Notes under the pieces: model-generated
Databases searched by the model: none
Told to the model about the DNA's origin: nothing
Seen by the model: the letters and a program-made list of their open reading frames with translations, nothing else
DNA from: a virus
Lineage: Duplodnaviria; Caudoviricetes
Virus record (IMG/VR): IMGVR_UViG_3300046318_000439
Coordinates: 1-64,000 of that record
Length of the DNA: 64,000 nucleotides
Reading direction: 5' to 3' (one strand)
Shown here: in pieces, positions 59,333-64,000 of the stretch
Layout: every line of letters starts with the position of its first letter
How positions within the stretch are numbered: the first letter of the stretch is position 1
Made by a program: the position numbers and the translations under genes

Positions 59333-61093
59333 TTAGAACTTTATGATAATCTTAATAACCTCTGTTTGGTTATTAGATCGTGATATTGGGTCTGTATTTT
59401 CTATATATAACACCTCTCCAGAGCCTATTACTAAGTCTGGAGGAAGTACAGAAACAACGTTTGCAGTAGCTGAACTAGTCAGTCCGATAATGGTGTTACT
59501 GCTGTTGATGTTTCCTCTAACGTCCGTTAAATATATGTAATTAGAATCTACCGAATGGAATACTCCATTTGATAATTCGACCGACGATTGATATACTTTT
59601 TCATCTGGAACAAACGTACCAGTATTACTACTTACGACGTAGCGATACCGTTGATCGAATGTGCCAAAATCTTTTGTTGTGTTATTAATCTCAAAGCTAT
59701 CAACGTTGGCTGTAGCATTGGATGACTGACCAGTTACAACTTTGCCGCTAATGAACTGTCCACTTACATTTGATAATCTTAGGGTACTACCACTGAAGGA
59801 AGAAACAACTCCAGAAGCGTTGCTATTAGCTTGTGTAACCAGTTCTGCATCAGTAAATATTCCAACAACTGATGTTAATGAAAACTCCACGTTGGCAAAA
59901 AGAGGATCTTTCAATAGTCCAATTGTACGATAATCGTTGGTAGTAGGGATTGTGTTTGATTCGCCGTTTGCAAAAGACACAGAACAACCAATATATCTAC
60001 CACCCAACTCATATTCTGGATCAGAACCATGGCCACCTTTAGGGCCAACAACAACCGTTAAAACAGCGTTGTTGGAAACACCACCAGTATTTCCTTGTAC
60101 GGTCGCTGTCGCAAAAGAATAGTTTTGCCCTCTATTAATAATTTCTACACGATAGATTGAATTACCAGCAGCTGAATTAACAAGAGCTCGGGCACGTGCA
60201 CTACTACCATCGCCTATGATATTAACAGCAGGAGTAATTTCATATGCAGATGTTGTGTCTGGAGCTATATCAAATGCAGCGTCTAGTGTGATGATTTTAT
60301 CAGTACCAACCACTGCATAATCCAAAACTTTACGAATTTGACCAATACCGGTGCCAGACTTAATGTAAATGTAACTGTCGTTGTAAAAATCGTTATTAGC
60401 ACTTGCTACGGCAGATAAACCGTATTTCTTTGTATCCCCACCAATACGTAGATTGGTAGAGTTGAATGTGTTAGCTAGATAGGCATCGTAATTTGATCCC
60501 CTGCTACTAATAGTAATAACGTCAATGGCTCCACTAACAGCATTTGCGGTTACGTTGGCGTTAGGAATTACTGGAATAAAATCTGCTGTTGCAAATTTAT
60601 CAAACTCACTCTTAGTCATGCTGTACATGTACTTCCACACATACCCATCACTAGTGCTATAATATTCATCATCAGCACCAGTATCAGAGATTTGAGGTTG
60701 ATCAATAGAAGCTGCCCCACCATTATTATCTAATACTTTGAATACGTGATATGATGAAGCTGCGTTAGTGACGGCATAAAACGGAGTGTTAGCTAAATCT
60801 ATATTACTGCGATATGATGAATACACTACATTAGACGTCCAATCGTAACGTGGTACCATTATTTTAACATCGTCCGCTGTAACACGCTTTCCAAACACCA
60901 TGTTGCGATATGAATCTACGGAAATTTCCTCAACGCTATTAACAGGATCAGCAACGATACTATCTCCGTTTGCGTAGGGGGTATGACGGCCTGCAAACAC
61001 ATAATAAACAGTGTTTGCAGGTTCTGTAATAGACTCACGCAATTGCTTTGCGTTATTTAATCTAAAAAAATCAGTTATTAGTTGCTTTGCCAT
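59333..61093 (-). CDS. Baseplate wedge subunit (T4 gp8-like), 586 aa
   Basis: YYVF.GR..P, PRYDW, DGY.WKYMY, P.GGHGSD...ELG, SGEVLYIEN..PI.R...Q.E.IKIIIKF. Confidence 0.8.
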   Translation of the reverse strand: MAKQLITDFFRLNNAKQLRESITEPANTVYYVFAGRHTPYANGDSIVADPVNSVEEISVDSYRNMVFGKRVTADDVKIMVPRYDWTSNVVYSSYRSNIDLANTPFYAVTNAASSYHVFKVLDNNGGAASIDQPQISDTGADDEYYSTSDGYVWKYMYSMTKSEFDKFATADFIPVIPNANVTANAVSGAIDVITISSRGSNYDAYLANTFNSTNLRIGGDTKKYGLSAVASANNDFYNDSYIYIKSGTGIGQIRKVLDYAVVGTDKIITLDAAFDIAPDTTSAYEITPAVNIIGDGSSARARALVNSAAGNSIYRVEIINRGQNYSFATATVQGNTGGVSNNAVLTVVVGPKGGHGSDPEYELGGRYIGCSVSFANGESNTIPTTNDYRTIGLLKDPLFANVEFSLTSVVGIFTDAELVTQANSNASGVVSSFSGSTLRLSNVSGQFISGKVVTGQSSNATANVDSFEINNTTKDFGTFDQRYRYVVSSNTGTFVPDEKVYQSSVELSNGVFHSVDSNYIYLTDVRGNINSSNTIIGLTSSATANVVSVLPPDLVIGSGEVLYIENTDPISRSNNQTEVIKIIIKF

Positions 61094-61094
61094 A

Positions 61095-64000
61095 TTAAGT
61101 GTCTAGTGAGATGCTAATGTAAGAAGCATTAGAAGTTGCACCTGAATTAGCTCCTGATATAATGGATGAATGGACAAACTGTCCAGAAACGTTTGCTATA
61201 TGCAGAGTATTTATAGAGGTTACAACAGAGTATGTATTGGTAGAATTTGTGACAGCAGCTGTGTTAGCATATGCGTTCGACGTTGTACCATACACATTCG
61301 TGTTTGTGTTCCATGTGCCAGATACTGTCCAAATCTCCACTAAAGTGCTATTAGCAGCTACCACACTACCGTTCGCTGTGTGCGCACCATCCATCGCATT
61401 GGATTGATATACAACCTCCCCCACTGCAAAGGAACCAGTTACTGTATTACCTTGTTGAACTTCGTTAATTGTTAACTTTCTTCCAAGAATTGCCTCTATA
61501 GTATCTCCAGTATCAATTGTACCTTCTAGCATAGTTGTGTACAATGTGCTATGAGAGGCATTAGATGTCACTGTAGTAACAGTAGCGCTGCTTGCATTAC
61601 TGCTAAAACTTGGTGTTGATATTTGTGTGCCAGCTTCAATATATGGTGCATTATTAGCAATTGTGATGACACCAGTGTGACCTTTGTATGTGCCATTAGC
61701 TGACGTTTGGTAAACACTTTCTCCCACGATGTAGGTACCATTACCGTCTGCAACATTTATATTATACTGACGAGGGAGAGGCGCAATCAAATTGCTATCC
61801 TCGTAAGATGCTAGTGAATCAAATACAACTTTTCCGAAGAATTTTGTACCGGCAGTATGAACAACATCTTTTAGCACGTCCGCATACTTTTCTAATGGAA
61901 TACGAGTTTGAACTTCATAACTGTATTCTTGGTAGTACTCACCGTCGTGAATTTTAGAAGAACCATCCACAAAACCACGCTCTGTTTGATAGTAACCTTC
62001 GCTCTGTCCTTGATCATTGAGTATTACTCTAGCAGTAACGTCTTGTAATCCTCCTTCAGTAGACATCGTAACAGTCTCATCCTGTACATATCCAAATCCA
62101 GAGTCAATAACTTCTAGAGAAGATACAACGGTGTTTGCAATCTGTACGTTGGCGCTTACTATAGCATTTTCTCCAACTGGTAATGTAGACTGGTCTGAAG
62201 AAACATCTAATATAGTAGCCGCTGCTCCAGACAACTTACCAAAAATTGTTTCGTTAGCTAAAAACTCATCATTTAAATTTAAACGCTTCACTGTAATTAC
62301 AGACGAGTTGCCTGTTTTGACAGAACCTGTCGTGGTGGTTACGAGGGTTACTGTATTTGCTGAAGATATGGTAGCTGTCGCATTGGTGGTTAGAGTATTA
62401 AGAGCATATGTATTAACAAACGTACCAGTAGCATTATTGATCTTAATTGATCCAGAGCCCGCAGCTACAGAAGACTCATATACAAATCCAGATGCAGTGT
62501 TGGATGTTCCATTACTCTGCCATACATACTCTCCTATCTCCGGAGCATTGGTAGCTGCTCCGTTGGCAGCTGTTCCACTAAATCCCGTAATCTGAAGTTG
62601 TTGGCCAAAGGAATTGCTCGACATCTCTATTATTTCTCCTGGAACAAATAATCCAGTGAGATTTGACAACTTAATTGTAAAGTCGTGCTTATCGAGAGCA
62701 GATATTTCTGGCTCTATCACTACGACTTTTGGATCAGCGTTATATCCCTCACCTGGGTTAATACTCCGTAGTACAGATATCTCTCCAATTGTTTTATTAC
62801 TAAAACGTAATATATTTTGAAGGGTCGTGTTAATGTCTCCAGCAGGATACTTCGGAAACCCATACGCGTTAGCAGCTACATTTGAGTTACTACCATCTAG
62901 TAAAACATTCATGAATGCAACGTTTCCAGTATTATTAGCTCTGAGTAAATCTGAAAATACTAATACCGTCTGTTCGTTTGTCAAACCACCTACGCTAAAT
63001 CTAGCGCTTGTACCGCTACTACGAACTGAAACGTTTGCGTATGTGTTACTTGTAAGTCCAACAATATAGTTGCCTGGATAAGTTACAAATTGATTGGTAG
63101 TGTCGTATACACCAATCAGAGTATTTGATACAAACATCACATTGCCAGTGGCCGTTGAATTTGTATATGTGTCGATGACGGCTGTTACGCTATTACCACT
63201 AAGGCTAATTGTAGCATCAGAACCTACGTTTCCATTAATTGGTACTACTACCATTGTACCAGATGTATTGTTTGTTGGAGTGTTTTGTATGACAACTGCG
63301 TTCGCAGATACTACTCCATTACCGTAATAATTTTCAACAATCGCGCCTGCAGAAAAAGCTGCAGAATTGGTCGTAGTAGAATAAGCAATAGTAGCAAGGG
63401 GCTGCGAAACTGTCTCGAATCTCTGAAACCCAGTAACAGCACTGTTTGCATTTGTTGGATTGTTTATTGTTAAATTAGTACTGGATATGATTACTTGAGC
63501 GTTCGTGGTGTAACCAAACCCTCCATCCTCAATTTTAAAATTAACACGTCCCGTTTCAGTCGAAATGCCAGTAACTAAGGCTTTACCTTGCTGGCCACTT
63601 CCGGTTTTGAGAGTAAGCACATCTCCGATATTGAAATCTTGGCCACCGTTTAATACAACTAATGAAGAAAGTGATCCAATAACTTTTGGAGCTCCTTCTA
63701 CAACTGGATCAGCTGAGTCAACTATACGCTCATTGTATACAAAGTTACCCTCACGAGCACTTATATAAAAAACATCAAGGAATTTACCTTGCACTCGCTT
63801 ACGCACAATCCGTTCAATAAATGCTGTTGCGCCGGAAGTAGTACCGATAGCTGTTTTACCTACCAAGCTATCATTCTTAGCTGCAGGGCTTACTTCAATA
63901 TATTCTGGAACAAACCACTGACCATCTGATGGCTTGAGTAAATCATCTCCTGGATAATATACGTCAGCTCCAACGTTGTATATTAAACGGAATAGTAAAT
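61095..64000 (-). CDS. Baseplate wedge initiator (T4 gp7-like), partial; start lies beyond the window end
   Basis: The frame stays open to the edge (LLFRLIYNVGADVYYPGDDLLKPSDGQW...). C-terminal IHDG.YYQEYSYEV...Y...LKD.VH.AG.K.FG motif. Confidence 0.8.
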   Translation of the reverse strand, partial: LLFRLIYNVGADVYYPGDDLLKPSDGQWFVPEYIEVSPAAKNDSLVGKTAIGTTSGATAFIERIVRKRVQGKFLDVFYISAREGNFVYNERIVDSADPVVEGAPKVIGSLSSLVVLNGGQDFNIGDVLTLKTGSGQQGKALVTGISTETGRVNFKIEDGGFGYTTNAQVIISSTNLTINNPTNANSAVTGFQRFETVSQPLATIAYSTTTNSAAFSAGAIVENYYGNGVVSANAVVIQNTPTNNTSGTMVVVPINGNVGSDATISLSGNSVTAVIDTYTNSTATGNVMFVSNTLIGVYDTTNQFVTYPGNYIVGLTSNTYANVSVRSSGTSARFSVGGLTNEQTVLVFSDLLRANNTGNVAFMNVLLDGSNSNVAANAYGFPKYPAGDINTTLQNILRFSNKTIGEISVLRSINPGEGYNADPKVVVIEPEISALDKHDFTIKLSNLTGLFVPGEIIEMSSNSFGQQLQITGFSGTAANGAATNAPEIGEYVWQSNGTSNTASGFVYESSVAAGSGSIKINNATGTFVNTYALNTLTTNATATISSANTVTLVTTTTGSVKTGNSSVITVKRLNLNDEFLANETIFGKLSGAAATILDVSSDQSTLPVGENAIVSANVQIANTVVSSLEVIDSGFGYVQDETVTMSTEGGLQDVTARVILNDQGQSEGYYQTERGFVDGSSKIHDGEYYQEYSYEVQTRIPLEKYADVLKDVVHTAGTKFFGKVVFDSLASYEDSNLIAPLPRQYNINVADGNGTYIVGESVYQTSANGTYKGHTGVITIANNAPYIEAGTQISTPSFSSNASSATVTTVTSNASHSTLYTTMLEGTIDTGDTIEAILGRKLTINEVQQGNTVTGSFAVGEVVYQSNAMDGAHTANGSVVAANSTLVEIWTVSGTWNTNTNVYGTTSNAYANTAAVTNSTNTYSVVTSINTLHIANVSGQFVHSSIISGANSGATSNASYISISLDT

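Noticed and set aside
1-64000. Stop-codon reassignment (as in some large phages)
   Set aside because: TAA, TAG and TGA all end genes at points that abut or overlap the next start, and genes tile the window under code 11.
1-64000. tRNA/rRNA genes, integrases, transposases, homing endonucleases, intrinsic terminators
   Set aside because: Intergenic gaps are mostly under 120 bp, and I saw no cloverleaf, mobile-element motif or convincing hairpin-plus-U-tract.

Overview
This window is the late (virion-structure) region of a large T4-like myovirus. It uses the standard genetic code and almost every gene is on the minus strand. Read right to left, it holds: gp7/gp8-like baseplate wedge genes; a DUF4815/VrlC-like baseplate protein apparently split into three ORFs; Asn/Thr-rich fibre genes; a ~17.5 kb enzyme island (31.4-48.9 kb) wedged between fibre genes; more fibre genes; an antisense four-domain glycosyltransferase-methyltransferase; a 1237-aa Pro-poor collagen-like fibre; several fibre/appendage genes; and a >10 kb tandem array of RCC1-repeat beta-propeller genes. 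The island encodes 8 radical SAM proteins, a U32-type protein, nucleotide-sugar enzymes, a split transketolase, two deacetylases and glycosyltransferases. The strongest candidate for an undescribed system is at 43.1-48.1 kb. There, three radical SAM enzymes (two with full SPASM motifs) and three small accessory ORFs surround a fibre-like protein carrying four CTCNCNY heptads fused directly to an S74 self-cleaving chaperone. This looks like RiPP-style (ranthi/sacti-like) or metal-cluster maturation of a virion fibre, alongside what looks like a phage-encoded virion glycosylation pathway. All functional calls come from motif reading only; no database search or computation was run, and counts are manual. 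Several ORF-track starts were corrected to the ATG that abuts or overlaps the upstream stop.
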